64,000 bases of DNA from Nitrospirota bacterium (lineage in GTDB: Bacteria > Nitrospirota > UBA9217): the NCBI GenBank assembly GCA_963818475.1, contig CAWFSF010000006.1, positions 256,001-320,000 on the forward strand, in the 5' to 3' direction. Positions 27,514 through 38,765 of the stretch are shown here, piece after piece. Positions within the stretch are counted from its first letter, which is position 1; every line of letters starts with the position of its first letter. The position numbers were made by a program, and so were the translations under genes. The notes under the pieces were generated by a model. It searched no databases, had not been told where the DNA came from, and saw only the letters and a list, made by a program, of their open reading frames with translations.

Positions 27514-29734
27514 ATGTTGATACAAGAAGACTATTTCAAAAACATTTTTAACACAGTTCGCGAAGCTATTCTCATACTCGATGAAAACATGCGGGTTCTG
27601 TCGGCCAATCGCAGTTTCTTCATTACTTTCAAAGTTGATGCCGCAAATACCATCGGCTCTCTTTTATACGATCTGGGAAACGGACAATGGAACATCCCGC
27701 ACCTTCGCGTGCTGCTCGAGGATATTCTTCCGAAGAACGACACCGTCGATGACTACGAAATTGAACATGATTTTGAGAGCATCGGACGGAAAACCATGCT
27801 CCTGAACGCCTGCAAGATCAGGGAAAAGAAAAACGACCGGCCGATCATCCTTCTCGCCATCGAGGACATTACCGAGCGCAAGCGACTGGAGGACCTGTTG
27901 ACAGAGTCTGAAGAGCGCTACCGGCGTATTTTTGAGACCGCAAGCGACGGGATCGTGCTTCTCGAAAAACGCGAAGGACATATCGTCCACGCCAATCCGG
28001 CCGCCGAGAAAATGCTGGGTTATTCCGAAGAGGAGTACATCGGGAAAAACCTTCAGGATATCGGGGTGTCGATCGATACGAGCGATTTCCCGGCGATCAT
28101 GCAGGTATTGAACAAGAGCGGCATTATTAATTACGATGATGTGCCGGTAAAAACCAGGTCCGGGCAGAATATCTACACGGACATATATATGGTCGACAGG
28201 GCAAGGCTGGCACAATGCAATATTCGCGATGTCACTGAACGGAAGCTGGCCGAGGAGAACCATCGGGAAGACGAAAAGAAATACAAAGAGCTCTTTGACT
28301 CCACTCTCGACGGGATCTACCAGGTGGATGCCGACGGTGTTTTTCGTTATGATGAACCCCGCCGGGGCAAGGATCTTCGGCTATGAAAGCCCTGAGGAGA
28401 TAATCGGCAGGAATGCCCTGGAATACTGGAGAGACCCCAGGGACAGGGACGCCTTCCGGGCGGAACTGAAGATCAGGAAATCCGTGAGCGGATACCACAT
28501 GAGGGCCAGGAACAAGAACGGCAAGTCCATCGAACTTGAATCGACAAGCATGATCAGAGAGGATGAAAACGGCAATTTCCTCGGCATTGACGGTATCTTG
28601 AGGGACGTGACCGAGCGGGTCCGGGCGGACGAACGGATAGATCGCCATATCCAGAAACTTTCCGCCCTCCGCTCCATAGACCTGGCAATAAGCTCAAGCC
28701 TCGACATTCGCGTGACCCTCAAAGTGTTCCTGGAGCAGGTGGTGAGCCAGTTGAACGTGGACGCCTGCGATGTCCTCCTGTTCAATCCGCACGCCAAAAC
28801 ACTGGACTATGCGGCCAGCCAGGGCTTTCGAACGAACGCCCTGAGGCACACGCATCTGCGCCTTGGCAAGGGATATGCCGGCGTTGCCGCCCTTGAGAAC
28901 CGCATCGTGAGCATACCCGACGTCACGAAGGACAACAGTGAGTTCAGGCGGCTGGGGGTCCTGGTAGACGAGGACATCGTGGCATATTACGGAGTGCCGC
29001 TCGTGGCGAAAGGACAGGTAAAAGGCGTTCTGGAGATCTTTCACAGAAGCCCGCTCGAGCCTGACGAGGATTGGCTCGAGTTTCTCGAGGCACTTGCCCT
29101 TCAGGCGGCCATTGCGATAGACAGCAACTCGCTGTTCCAGGAACTCGAACGCTCCAATATGAAGCTTGCCCTGGCCTATGACAGCACGATCGAAGGCTGG
29201 TCCCGCGCCCTGGATTACCGGGACAAGGAGACGGAAGGACACTCCCAGCGTGTTACGGAAATCACCATAAAGATCGCCCACGAGATGGGGATGAGCGAAG
29301 AGGACCTGGTGCATGTCCGATGGGGCGCTCTTCTTCATGACATAGGAAAAATGGGGATCCCGGACAGCATCCTTTTAAAACCCGGGCCGCTTACGGAAGA
29401 GGAGTGGAGGATCATGCGTCTTCACCCGGTGTATGCGCACGAGCTTCTCCACCCGATAGATTATTTGAGGTCCGCTATCGATGTTCCCTATTGTCATCAC
29501 GAAAAATGGGATGGAACGGGCTATCCCCGGGGACTCAAGGGAGAGCAGATACCCCTCGCCGGGAGGATCTTCGCCGTGGTGGACGTATGGGACGCCTTGC
29601 GCTCCGACCGCCCGTACCGCCCTGCCTGGCCCAAGGAGAAAACAACGGAACATATCCATCAGCTGGCCGGAACTCATTTCGATCCAAAAGTGATCGATGT
29701 GTTTTTTAGTCTTATGGCATCGGGAGTTCTGTGA
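27514..29734 (+). CDS. PAS-PAS-PAS-GAF-HD-GYP phosphodiesterase (frameshift near 28340)
   Basis: ETEGHSQRV, LLHDIGK, HHEKWDGTGYP, HFDP; the frameshift falls at a T run. Confidence 0.9.
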
Positions 29735-29773
29735 CCGGGGGCCTTGCAGAACGTCGTACCGGGATGGGGCAGG

Positions 29774-29838
29774 AGTGTGAAGTTTGAAATGTGAAGTGTG
29801 AAATATCAGAATCGGCAAGGAAGGTTGAAGTGTGAAAT
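29774..29838. repeat. Degenerate heptamer repeats (GTGTGAA-like)
   Basis: GTGTGAA GTTTGAA ATGTGAA GTGTGAA, with a second short run. Confidence 0.7.
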
Positions 29839-30123
29839 TGTTAGATAAAGCCACTTGATTTCAAACTCCACCTTTGTAAGTTCTGGCAGCAGAGAGGAAT
29901 ATGAGCGCTGACATGATCCAAATTGATATGCTCGAGGTACAGCAGTAGACCCTTGCTCGTACGGCTGTCTCGCCGACAATTCTATTGAACAAGGTGCACA
30001 GCGTGCCGGATGGAGAGCTAATAACAAAACACAGGAGATATGTTCATTGTCGTAGCCGTCAGAGCGGCGCTTTGTTTGAAGAGCTCCGGGAGGGATAGGC
30101 GGATTAAGTCACGGGAGGTCATT

Positions 30124-31128
30124 ATGAAGGTGATGGTGAAGTGCACGTCCGGTGAAACGAGGCATGGCCAACTGCTGGCTTTCAATATCAATAATCCGGT
30201 TTTGTACCTGCAGATTCCGAATGCGGAGGGGAAGATTGTTTCTACATCAGTGTCCATGAGCCAGGTGCAGCAGATTATCTATCTCAAAAAGTTGACTGAG
30301 AACGATTCGCCTGTTCGCCAGGAAAAAATTGACAATACGATACTGGCAAGCGCAACTTCCTTCCGGCTGAATGTTGAGTTCAAGGACGGCTCTCTGCTTA
30401 CAGGCACCACCCATAGGTACAATCCAGATGACAAGGGTTTCTACCTCATTCCCCTCAATCCGGCTGATAAAAGCGATCGGATTTTCGTCCCTGCTCATGC
30501 TGTCAAGCGCATCGAAGTTGTAAAGCTTTTCGGGAAATTACTCGTGGATCTCGGTAAAATCAGTCAAAAGCAGCTCGAAATCGGCGTGCTGCGGCAGTGG
30601 GACTCCAAGGAAAAAAAACTCGGCGCCATATTGCGTGATGAAAATATGATCAGCGAGGAACAACTGATGGCGTCGCTGAAGAAACAGGAAAAGAGCCATG
30701 CATTTATCGGCGAAATTCTTCTGAATGCCAATTACATTACCAAGGAGCAGCTGGACTACGCCCTTCGCTTACAGCGCGAATACCGGAAAAAAAGACTGGG
30801 ACAGATCCTCGTTGAACTCAAATTTCTTGCTCCGAACGATATTTGCATTGCCTTGGCCACGCAGTTTAATTGCGCGTGGATTGATTTGGCCGATGAGGTA
30901 ATCCCGCAAGAAGTAGCCCAAAGCCTTCCAGAAGAGGTCGTGAAGCGTTTTGAAGTAATACCCGTAGAGAAACGAGAGGATTCCGTGCTTATCGTAGCGA
31001 CGTCAGAGCCCAACAATCCCGAGATTATCAGAGAAATAACAGGAGCAGCGTCCTGCAAGGTGGAGTTTGCCGTGGCCTACGAAGTCTACATCCTCAGGAA
31101 TATAGCCCGGTACTTCCCTGATCGATAA
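30124..31128 (+). CDS. MshEN / GspE N-terminal domain protein lacking an ATPase domain
   Basis: Repeats KLGAIL..MISEEQL..L..Q and RLGQILVEL, followed by the GspE-N subdomain (RFEVIPV..LIVATSEP). Confidence 0.8.
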   Translation: MKVMVKCTSGETRHGQLLAFNINNPVLYLQIPNAEGKIVSTSVSMSQVQQIIYLKKLTENDSPVRQEKIDNTILASATSFRLNVEFKDGSLLTGTTHRYNPDDKGFYLIPLNPADKSDRIFVPAHAVKRIEVVKLFGKLLVDLGKISQKQLEIGVLRQWDSKEKKLGAILRDENMISEEQLMASLKKQEKSHAFIGEILLNANYITKEQLDYALRLQREYRKKRLGQILVELKFLAPNDICIALATQFNCAWIDLADEVIPQEVAQSLPEEVVKRFEVIPVEKREDSVLIVATSEPNNPEIIREITGAASCKVEFAVAYEVYILRNIARYFPDR

Positions 31129-31280
31129 GGAATCTTCAGCGGGCAAATCACGAAAAGACCCGGCGCGGTCGTGAAGAAGCCGAATAGGGAAACAGGGTAT
31201 GCGGGGCTCAGACAGGATTAAAAAACCTGTGCTGGAGGATGGTCGGTTCATGTAAACGATTGACGTGGAGGTAACCTGTC

Positions 31281-31995
31281 ATGCGGAACAAAAGGGAGCA
31301 CACGAGATTAGATTTAGCAGAGATGCAGGGCAAGATGACCCTGGCCAGCAAAGTAGAAATAGTTGACATTAGTCTTGGCGGAGTTGCCGTGAAAGCAGAC
31401 AAAATTGGATGTCGGCAGAAACTATACGATCCAACTCGGAGACAAGGGGCGGAGTTTTGATGTGAGGTGCCAGGTCGTTCGTTCCACATTAGTCGGAATG
31501 GAAACCGGAACTGATGGAGAAAGTGTTTTAATATACGCGGCAGGGATGAAATTTAAAGAGGGGTCGGAAGATAAAATTACCGCTTTTCTTAATACCGTTG
31601 AGCTTCGTACAAAAACGGTAGCGGCGCCGATAACCGAGCGGAGGAGTGCGGTCAGGTTTCAGATAACCGCGCCCGAGGGAAAAGTTCTATTCTATCCCGC
31701 TAATTTTAATGTAAAAGACATCACCTTGAGCAGCATGCTTATCTATTCTGAGCAGTCCCTGCAAATAGAAAGCATGATCCCCATGGAGTTGTATCTGGAC
31801 GACAGTAGCCAGCTCAATTTCATTGGAAAGGTTTTTTCAAGCCGAAAAATGGAGGATGCGGAGCCCGTTCGCTATGAGATTGCGGTGACGTACTCTGATC
31901 TGCCGGAGAAGGATCGAGCATTGCTTAAGAAGTTCATAGACTATCTGGTAAGCGATTCTGATACCGATAAGCCGGAAGGGCAATGTGCACAGTGA
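31281..31995 (+). CDS. Tandem PilZ-domain protein (frameshift near 31403)
   Basis: KREHTR..DISLGG in the first frame; ERRSAVR in the second domain. Confidence 0.8.
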
Positions 31996-32200
31996 AAATC
32001 GCACGTGCAAAATAGGCGTATGCTCACCAAAGGTGATGGAGACATGGGGGAATATTCAGAAAAGCAACATTTGCGACTATTTTATCGGATACCCCCTTTC
32101 CGTGAGTGCTGTAGATATTTAAAAATTTCCGACATATAGTAAAAAAAGTTAAAACAAGAATAAAATGTTTATTTCTCCCTGCAGGAAAGGCTGACTGATT

Positions 32201-33385
32201 ATGCCGAAAAACCAAAACTATACGAGACCTCTTCTTGGTCAGATATTGCTTGATGGCGGTTTTCTGTCCGTGCAAGACCTGAAACGGTCATTAGAGGAAC
32301 AGGTGAGGACGGGCGAGCTCTTGGGCCAGGTGCTGGTCAGAATAGGTATCCTTGATGAAGCGGACATCAAGGCGGCTCTTTCGGTACAACCAAACCTCGG
32401 CGGCCTGGAGGACGCTGTCAGGATCGCTGCGGGAGACCGCCGGAAACTGGGTGAGTTGCTTGTTCAATCCGGGCGCATAACGGACAACCAGCTTGAGCAA
32501 GCTCTTGCCGAACGAAAAAGAAGCGGCGAAAAGCTGGGTGAAGTTTTTGTACGTCTCGGCGTGCTCACAGAGCTACAGCTTATCGGTCTTCTCGATTTCC
32601 AGCGTATCCAGGGCAGGGGGAGCCCCTCTTCCGGCCCGCTCAGGCTCGGTGAACTACTTGTGTCCACAGGCTGCATCTCACGCCTTCAGCTTGATGAGGC
32701 GCTCCGAAAACAGACGACCTTCCGGAAATACCTCGGAGAAGTGCTGATCGAAGAGGGCTATGCACAGCCCAAACATGTAAAACGGGGCCTGCGCTTGCAG
32801 CAGATGCTTCTGACGGCAGTGCTGGTTTCGCTATTGTCGGCCTGCGGCGGCGACAGGATTGTCGATAACGCTGCCACTTCGAATCCTACGACAACCGAGG
32901 AACCGGCCACTTCCGATTCTTCCAACTATTTTGAAATCATCAGCAATGACTACACTGTACTGAAACCCAATTTCTATTACTCCACAAACAATGAAGAATT
33001 CTGGTCGATTCAGGCCGCAGTGGCGCAGGACGTCTGGGACGCGGAGTACAAGTGCGTTGTCAGAATAGATGTTAAAAAATCGGCTAGCGGTGAAATGCCG
33101 GCCATCAACAAAACGTTTTCAATTGAAAATAATCCGCTTTATGAACAATTCCCGGGCGAATTTCTCGTGTTTAATGGAGAAAGATCGGTCAATAAAAAAG
33201 TGGAACAGGGTATTCTCACTTTTACGCCGGATTCAACTGCCTCCGGCGTTGTTCGCGCATCATTTGAGGTGACCGTGACCGATTTTGATTCAACTATCAT
33301 ACCTCCTCCCCAGTATCATCTCACGGGGAGTTTCAGGTTCAAGATGGGGACCTATGGACCTGCGAGCCCCTTGCCGGCTCTGTAA
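32201..33385 (+). CDS. Triple-MshEN protein fused to a lipoprotein-like segment
   Basis: LLGQILL, KLGELLV and RLGELLV repeats, then MLLTAVLVSLLSACGG and a Ser/Thr linker plus beta domain. Confidence 0.8.
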   Translation: MPKNQNYTRPLLGQILLDGGFLSVQDLKRSLEEQVRTGELLGQVLVRIGILDEADIKAALSVQPNLGGLEDAVRIAAGDRRKLGELLVQSGRITDNQLEQALAERKRSGEKLGEVFVRLGVLTELQLIGLLDFQRIQGRGSPSSGPLRLGELLVSTGCISRLQLDEALRKQTTFRKYLGEVLIEEGYAQPKHVKRGLRLQQMLLTAVLVSLLSACGGDRIVDNAATSNPTTTEEPATSDSSNYFEIISNDYTVLKPNFYYSTNNEEFWSIQAAVAQDVWDAEYKCVVRIDVKKSASGEMPAINKTFSIENNPLYEQFPGEFLVFNGERSVNKKVEQGILTFTPDSTASGVVRASFEVTVTDFDSTIIPPPQYHLTGSFRFKMGTYGPASPLPAL

Positions 33386-33443
33386 AGATTGAAGCAAAGA
33401 ACCATCGCAAGTGACGTCGAGAGCGGTTACGTTGATTCGCGGA

Positions 33444-33638
33444 GACTATTGGGGTCAGACTTTAAAATTGACATTCTGGCTTTTCTCGGAGAGCTACGGA
33501 GATCTAGAGGGTCGGTCTGCTTTCTTACCATTCGGACTCTTTAGAAAATGGACTTAATCGGGATGGATACGCCGCACTATGAATCCTCGCCCACCAGGAA
33601 AGGACCGCTACAGTGTCCCTTGAATTCTGGCTCCTCTA
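33444..33638 (+). repeat. Segment duplicated at 34910-35130 (hairpin left arm GGGGTCA-N10-TTGACA plus the LysE leader and start)
   Basis: GACTATTGGGGTCAGACTTTAAAATTGACATTCTGGC and GAATCCTCGCCCACCAGGAAAGGA..TGTCCCTTGAATTCTGGCTCCTCTA occur in both copies. Confidence 0.9.
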
Positions 33639-34241
33639 CGCTGTCACCGTATTCCTCGCCTCGATCAGCCCCGGCCCCAGCATGTTGCTTGCCCTGACGC
33701 ACGGCATGAAGTACGGTACGCGGCGGACCATAGCGACGGCGGCAGGCAACGTCATCGCCTCGCTGCTCCAGGCGGCGGTGTCCATCGCAGGTCTGGGCGC
33801 AATCCTTACCCTGTCTGAAGGTGTGTTCTCGGTCATCCGGTGGCTGGGGGCGGGTTACCTCATTTACCTCGGCATCGTCACGTGGCGGTCTTCCTCGCTC
33901 TTGCAGGCCGGAGAGGAGGGTGGCGCACCGTCCCGATGCTGACGCTCCGCGCCATGTTCCTCCGGTCGTTCCTCGTTGCAGCGGGGAACCCGAAGGCGAT
34001 CATCTTCTTTACGGCGCTCTTCCCCCAGATCGTCGGCAGCGGCGTGCGGCGGCTTTCCGAGGTCTCGATCCTGCTTGCGACCCTGGCGCTCATCGCCTTC
34101 TTCTGCTTCATGCTCTACGCAACGGCGGGTCAGCGCATCCTTGCGCTCTTCTCCCGGCAGGCCAGCGGCCAGAACCTGAACCGGATCGCCGGCGGCGCCT
34201 TTATCGGGGCCGGTATCGGGCTCGCCGTAAGCAGGCGATGA
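33613..34241 (+). CDS. LysE/RhtB family translocator (frameshift near 33935)
   Basis: SPGPSML, WLGAGYLIYLG, NPKAIIFF. Confidence 0.9.
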
Positions 34242-34295
34242 GAGGTGTGAGGGGTGAAGGGTGAATGGTGAAGGAGAGAGGGGAGAGGATGCTGC

Positions 34296-34688
34296 ATGAC
34301 TGACGAGCAAAAAAAAGGCGTTCATGGTTCTGAACGACGATGGGAAGAACGACATCCGGTCCCCGCTGTTTATCAGCGTGAAATCAATTTGAAAGTAAAA
34401 ATAGACAATGTCTTCGTTCCCGTCATTCTTCATAACTTCAGCAACAGTGGTGTTCTCTTCGAAAGCCAGATGCCGTGCGAAATGGGAGCGTCTGCCGACT
34501 GCGTTATTTCCATACCCCGGTCGCTTTCACGAGAGCTCGCGTTCGCTATTCGGGTGAAACACTGTCAGAAAAAACACACTGCCTTCTTTGTCGGTGCGGT
34601 GATCGAGGCGCCGGTGGATGCGACCTGGTTTAATATTTTCAGGGAGGTTCACGATTTTATCATGCAGCGGCAGGGCGAAGTATATTAA
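34296..34688 (+). CDS. PilZ-domain protein
   Basis: ERRWEER...NFSNSG. Confidence 0.8.
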   Translation: MTDEQKKGVHGSERRWEERHPVPAVYQREINLKVKIDNVFVPVILHNFSNSGVLFESQMPCEMGASADCVISIPRSLSRELAFAIRVKHCQKKHTAFFVGAVIEAPVDATWFNIFREVHDFIMQRQGEVY

Positions 34689-35222
34689 AATAGCGCATCA
34701 GAACGCGGTTCTTTCGGATCGTCCTTTCCAAGTTCAGTTCTCAATAAAAATCCTTCCTTCTTCAAATTATTAGAACCGGGAACCATAGGGTCACGTCTTT
34801 TATTTTGGTGTTCGGAACATAGTGGCCGTCCAGGGCCGTCCAGGGTCTGACATGAATCTATAGTTGTTTCCTTCGCATATATCACAAATCGAGATACCCC
34901 ACACTAGGGACTATTGGGGTCAGACTTTAAAATTGACATTCTGGCTCTTCTCGGAGAGCTACTGCGATCGGACCCAATAGGGTCAGGGCCTTTGTTATGG
35001 TGTCGACCCCCAAAAAGCAGTAGTATGCCGTAACAGAAAATTGACTTTTATTGGGATGGATACCCCGCACTGTGAATCCTCGCCCACCAGGAAAGGATCG
35101 CTACCATGTCCCTTGAATTCTGGCTCCTCTAGACGGCGGGGTTCAGGGTCCGGGGTCCAGGGCATGGCGGACGTATGCCCATGATGAACCCGTAAGCCGC
35201 GATAAGGCGGGCCTCGCAGCTT

Positions 35223-35528
35223 TTACACGATGTCGTCGAGCTGACGTGATCCATGAAGAACACGGTGTATTTCGACGAGGGGACCCCGTACCTTATAGAA
35301 AACGAGATAGGCGTCAATGACGAGCACACGATAGCCGGAGGCCTGAAGTTTATCGTGTTTCGGGATGCGGCCGAGAAAAGGGTGCGTTGCAAGACGGGCG
35401 ATTCGCTTGTCAAATTTATCCGTAAAGGAAGCGGCTCGTGCAGGACTGTCTGCGGCGATCCAGTCCGAGATGGAGAGAAGATCGTCAACGGCAATGGGAA
35501 GATAGCGGATACGGTATTTATCCGGCAT
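35223..35528 (-). CDS. RelE/ParE family toxin
   Basis: AVDDL..I.DWIA.DSP..A, YLVFY, IHRVLHG; overlaps the antitoxin gene. Confidence 0.9.
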   Translation of the reverse strand: MPDKYRIRYLPIAVDDLLSISDWIAADSPARAASFTDKFDKRIARLATHPFLGRIPKHDKLQASGYRVLVIDAYLVFYKVRGPLVEIHRVLHGSRQLDDIV

Positions 35529-35787
35529 GGCTGCGCTGCCGAAGTTTCTGCATCATCTGTGCATGGGTAATGCCCTTTTCTCCTGACGCGGCCTGCGACT
35601 GGGCCACGGCAAGCTTTTCGAAAAGGTCTATCCTGGCGTTCAGCTTTTCAAAGTGTTCAATGCTCATGACGACCAGGTCGCCCTCTCCATTGGTGGTGAG
35701 GTAGACCGGTTCATCCTGGTCATGGCAGATTGATGCAATCTCGCGTGTTTTGTTGCGAAGGCTTGATATGGGTTTAATGATCGGCAT
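35518..35787 (-). CDS. Phd/YefM family antitoxin
   Basis: IKPISSLRN, EPVYLTTNG..DLVVMS. Confidence 0.9.
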   Translation of the reverse strand: MPIIKPISSLRNKTREIASICHDQDEPVYLTTNGEGDLVVMSIEHFEKLNARIDLFEKLAVAQSQAASGEKGITHAQMMQKLRQRSHAG

Positions 35788-35987
35788 GATTATCTCCTTG
35801 AATGGTTTTTATGCTATCACCATATAATGATAAAATCAAGAGTAAATATTGAGTAGTTCTTCGTTGGGTTATTCTACCTACTTTCCGACTACCATGGTTG
35901 CCATGAAACTGTCCTGCACAACGCGAAGATCGACAAAGCAGGCGTAAACTGATTCGGCCGCAATTGTCCAATAACGCTGGAACAGCA

Positions 35988-36088
35988 GAACCTCGCTCAC
36001 CAGGAAAGGATCGCCGCCATGTCCCTTGAATTCTGGCTCCTCTACGCAGTCACCGTCTTCCTCGCCTCGATCAGCCCCGGTCCCAGCT
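35988..36088 (+). pseudogene. Third copy of the LysE leader and 5' end (about 23 codons)
   Basis: Matches about 33582-33681. Confidence 0.85.
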
Positions 36089-36142
36089 GGTAAATCACTG
36101 TCGGTTCCGCATTGCCGAGAACATGAGAATACATGATCGATC

Positions 36143-36166
36143 AGGGGCTTTCGGGTCCCTTTTTTT
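36143..36166 (+). terminator. Intrinsic terminator
   Basis: AGGGGCT-TTCG-GGTCCCT followed by a T run. Confidence 0.6.
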
Positions 36167-36211
36167 ATTCTGTGGTTGTGTGCGGGAGGGGTCGGAAAAA
36201 ACAGGATAAGG

Positions 36212-37456
36212 CTATCCCTCAGTGCTGCGTTTCAGCACGAGTGCGGCATTGATCCCGCCGAAGCCGAGGGAATTGGAAAGAGCCGCGTTGACAACCTTCT
36301 TTCTGGCGGTGTTCGGCACAAAGTCCAGGTCGCAATCGGGGTCCCGGTGCTCAAGATTGATGGTTGGAGGAATGGTGCCGTTTTGAATTGCGAGGCAGGT
36401 GATCGCAGCCTCGACCGCTCCTGCGGCTCCGAGCATATGGCCCAGCATTGATTTCGACGAGCTCACTGCAAGCTGACCGGCGTGGCTGCCAAAGGCCTTT
36501 TTGATGGCGATCGTTTCGATGCGGTCGTTGGCCTCGGTGGAGGTGCCGTGGGCATTGATATAGTCAATGTCATGAGGCTCCATGCCCGCATCAGCGATCG
36601 CAAGCTGCATGGCACGGACGGGCCCAGCGCCGTCCGGAGCAGGCCGCGTATAATGGTACGCATCGGATGACAGGCCGTATCCGGCGAGCTCCGCATAGAT
36701 CCGGGCCCCGCGTTTCAGCGCATGTTCCCGTTCCTCAAGCACCAGCACTCCGGCTCCTTCGGCAAGAACGAATCCGTCGCGGTCCCGGTCAAAGGGGCGG
36801 CTGGCCTTCGTTGGTTCGTCGTTGCGTTCCGACAAAGCCCGGGCCTGGCAGAAACCGGCCAGGATGAGCGGCGTGAGCGCTGCCTCGGCGCCGCCGGCCA
36901 TCATGACGTCCGCATCACCCCGTTGAATGATCTTCATGGCCTCGCCGATGGAGTGGGTGCCCGTGGCGCAGGCGGTCGAAACATCGAGGCAGGGTCCTTG
37001 CGCCCCGAGCTTCATGGCAACGTAGCCGGATGCCATGTTCACGAGCGACATGGGCGTATAGAAAGGGGACACTGCTTTCGGCCCCCGGGAGAGAAAGAGC
37101 GCCATGTTCTTCTCAGACGTTGTCACGCCGCCGCGGCCCGAACCGATCAGCACACCGGTGCGGAGTGCGAGGGTTGGATATAGAGAGAGGCCTGCATCTT
37201 CCTGCGCCATCAATGCAGCCGCCACAGCGTACTGGATAACAGGATCGGTCTTCCGGGCCTCCTTCGGGCCGAGATACCGATGCGGTTCGAATCCCTTCAC
37301 TTCTCCGGCGATGCGACAGGGAAAAGCCGAGGCGTCGAACCGTGTTATCAATCCGATGCCGGACATGGCCTTGATGAGCGCGTCCCAGGTCGTTCTCATA
37401 TCGTTCCCGAGGGGCGTCACCGCACCCAGGCCGGTAATAACCACGCGAATGTTCAT
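36212..37456 (-). CDS. fabF: Beta-ketoacyl-ACP synthase II
   Basis: STACATG, NAHGTST, GHMLGAAG, SLGFGG. Confidence 0.95.
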   Translation of the reverse strand: MNIRVVITGLGAVTPLGNDMRTTWDALIKAMSGIGLITRFDASAFPCRIAGEVKGFEPHRYLGPKEARKTDPVIQYAVAAALMAQEDAGLSLYPTLALRTGVLIGSGRGGVTTSEKNMALFLSRGPKAVSPFYTPMSLVNMASGYVAMKLGAQGPCLDVSTACATGTHSIGEAMKIIQRGDADVMMAGGAEAALTPLILAGFCQARALSERNDEPTKASRPFDRDRDGFVLAEGAGVLVLEEREHALKRGARIYAELAGYGLSSDAYHYTRPAPDGAGPVRAMQLAIADAGMEPHDIDYINAHGTSTEANDRIETIAIKKAFGSHAGQLAVSSSKSMLGHMLGAAGAVEAAITCLAIQNGTIPPTINLEHRDPDCDLDFVPNTARKKVVNAALSNSLGFGGINAALVLKRSTEG

Positions 37457-37585
37457 GGCGCGCAGTATACGGTTTTTGCGCGGCTTTGTCAAAAAACCTT
37501 AGTTTTCCTCAGGCTGCGACCGTCTCCATTTTTACATGATACCCCTTCATTTATTGTTCATTCCGTTGCGTTCACCCCTTTGCGT

Positions 37586-37613
37586 TTGACTTCAGGCCTA
37601 ATTATGTTATAGT
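37586..37613 (+). promoter_or_regulatory. Sigma-70-type promoter TTGACT-N16-TATAGT with extended -10
   Basis: Seen 44 bp upstream of the ATG at 37657. Confidence 0.55.
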
Positions 37614-37656
37614 TAACTGTGATTTGATCAAAATCTTTTATGGAAGGGAGCTTGAG

Positions 37657-38662
37657 ATGACCAGAAAAGACCTGACCGCATTGACGGTGACCGGACTCAA
37701 AGCCCTCGCCAGGAAGAAAAAGATCGCATTGACCACAGGCGCAAAAAAGGCTGATCTGATCGAGGCGCTTCTCAAGGCAGCCGGCGCTGGAAAAAGTACG
37801 AAAGCAGCCGGATCCGCCCAACTGAAAAAGGCAACTGCAAAAAAGCCGGGCGCAAAAAAGGCCGCTCCCAAAAAAGCAGCAGCGAAAAAAACGGTCTCTT
37901 CCGAAAAGAAAACCTCACCCAAAAAAGCCGCAGTTGCCAAGACGCCAAAGAAGAAGGCAGCAGCAAAAAAAACAGCAACGACGAAGACGGCAGCATCAAA
38001 GTCCGCACCTGTCAAAGCATCACGCCGCACCTGGGTCGGTACCGAAAAGCGTTAAGGAATTGCGGTCCCAGGAGAAGGTTTCCGACGCAAAATTTTATAC
38101 CGGTCCCGAGGTCGATCATGCTGCATTGCGCTCCTCGGACAAGCTTCCGGCGGGATATGACGAGGACCGGATCACGCTCATGGCGCGCGACCCCTCATTG
38201 ACCTATGCCTACTGGGAGGCGACGCCGGAACGGCTCGAGAAGGAGCGATCATGGTTCGGCATGGGATCCGAACTGGTCGTCCGGATCTACGATGTCACGG
38301 GTGTGCAGTTCGATGGCCGGAACGCTGTCGGCTACTTTGATCAGGATGTCGCCGAACCAACCGGCAGCTGGTACTTCGAGACCGGGAGGCCGGGCCATTC
38401 GTTCTGCGCCGACCTGGGGATCCGCTCGCCTGAAGGACGGTTCCTGACGCTGGCGCGCTCCAATTACATCACCATGCCGCGCGAAGGAGTATCGGATGTC
38501 ATCGACGAGGAGTGGATGCTCGCTGATGAGGAATTCTGGCAGCTCTACGGCTTTCCTGACGGCATTTCTTCACCCCAGGTGCAGGAGCTCTGGCGCCGAA
38601 GGCATCAGCAGGAGATATCATCGCCCGGGCTGTTCTCGCGTGCAAAGGGGAAAAACAAGTAA
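37657..38662 (+). CDS. DUF4912 protein with Rho-N-like N-terminus and Lys/Ala-rich linker (frameshift near 38020)
   Basis: LTVTGLKALAR..KKADLIEAL; LPAGYDEDRITLMARDP..YAYWE; LARSN; precedes the GH57 gene. Confidence 0.85.
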
Positions 38663-38710
38663 TATGCTGCTGGTACCGGTTTAACGGCGGTTTTAGAAAG
38701 TAAGGAACGC

Positions 38711-38746
38711 AAAAGTCCATCCGGCAAAAAGGATGGGCTTTTTTTT
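38711..38746 (+). terminator. Hairpin with T run (intrinsic terminator, possibly bidirectional)
   Basis: AAAAGTCCATCC-N8-GGATGGGCTTTT. Confidence 0.55.
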
Positions 38747-38765
38747 GGGGACGGCAGGCGAGTAT

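Noticed and set aside
37780-38020. Lys/Ala-rich repeats as a separate histone-like gene
   Set aside because: They form the low-complexity linker of the frameshifted DUF4912 protein.
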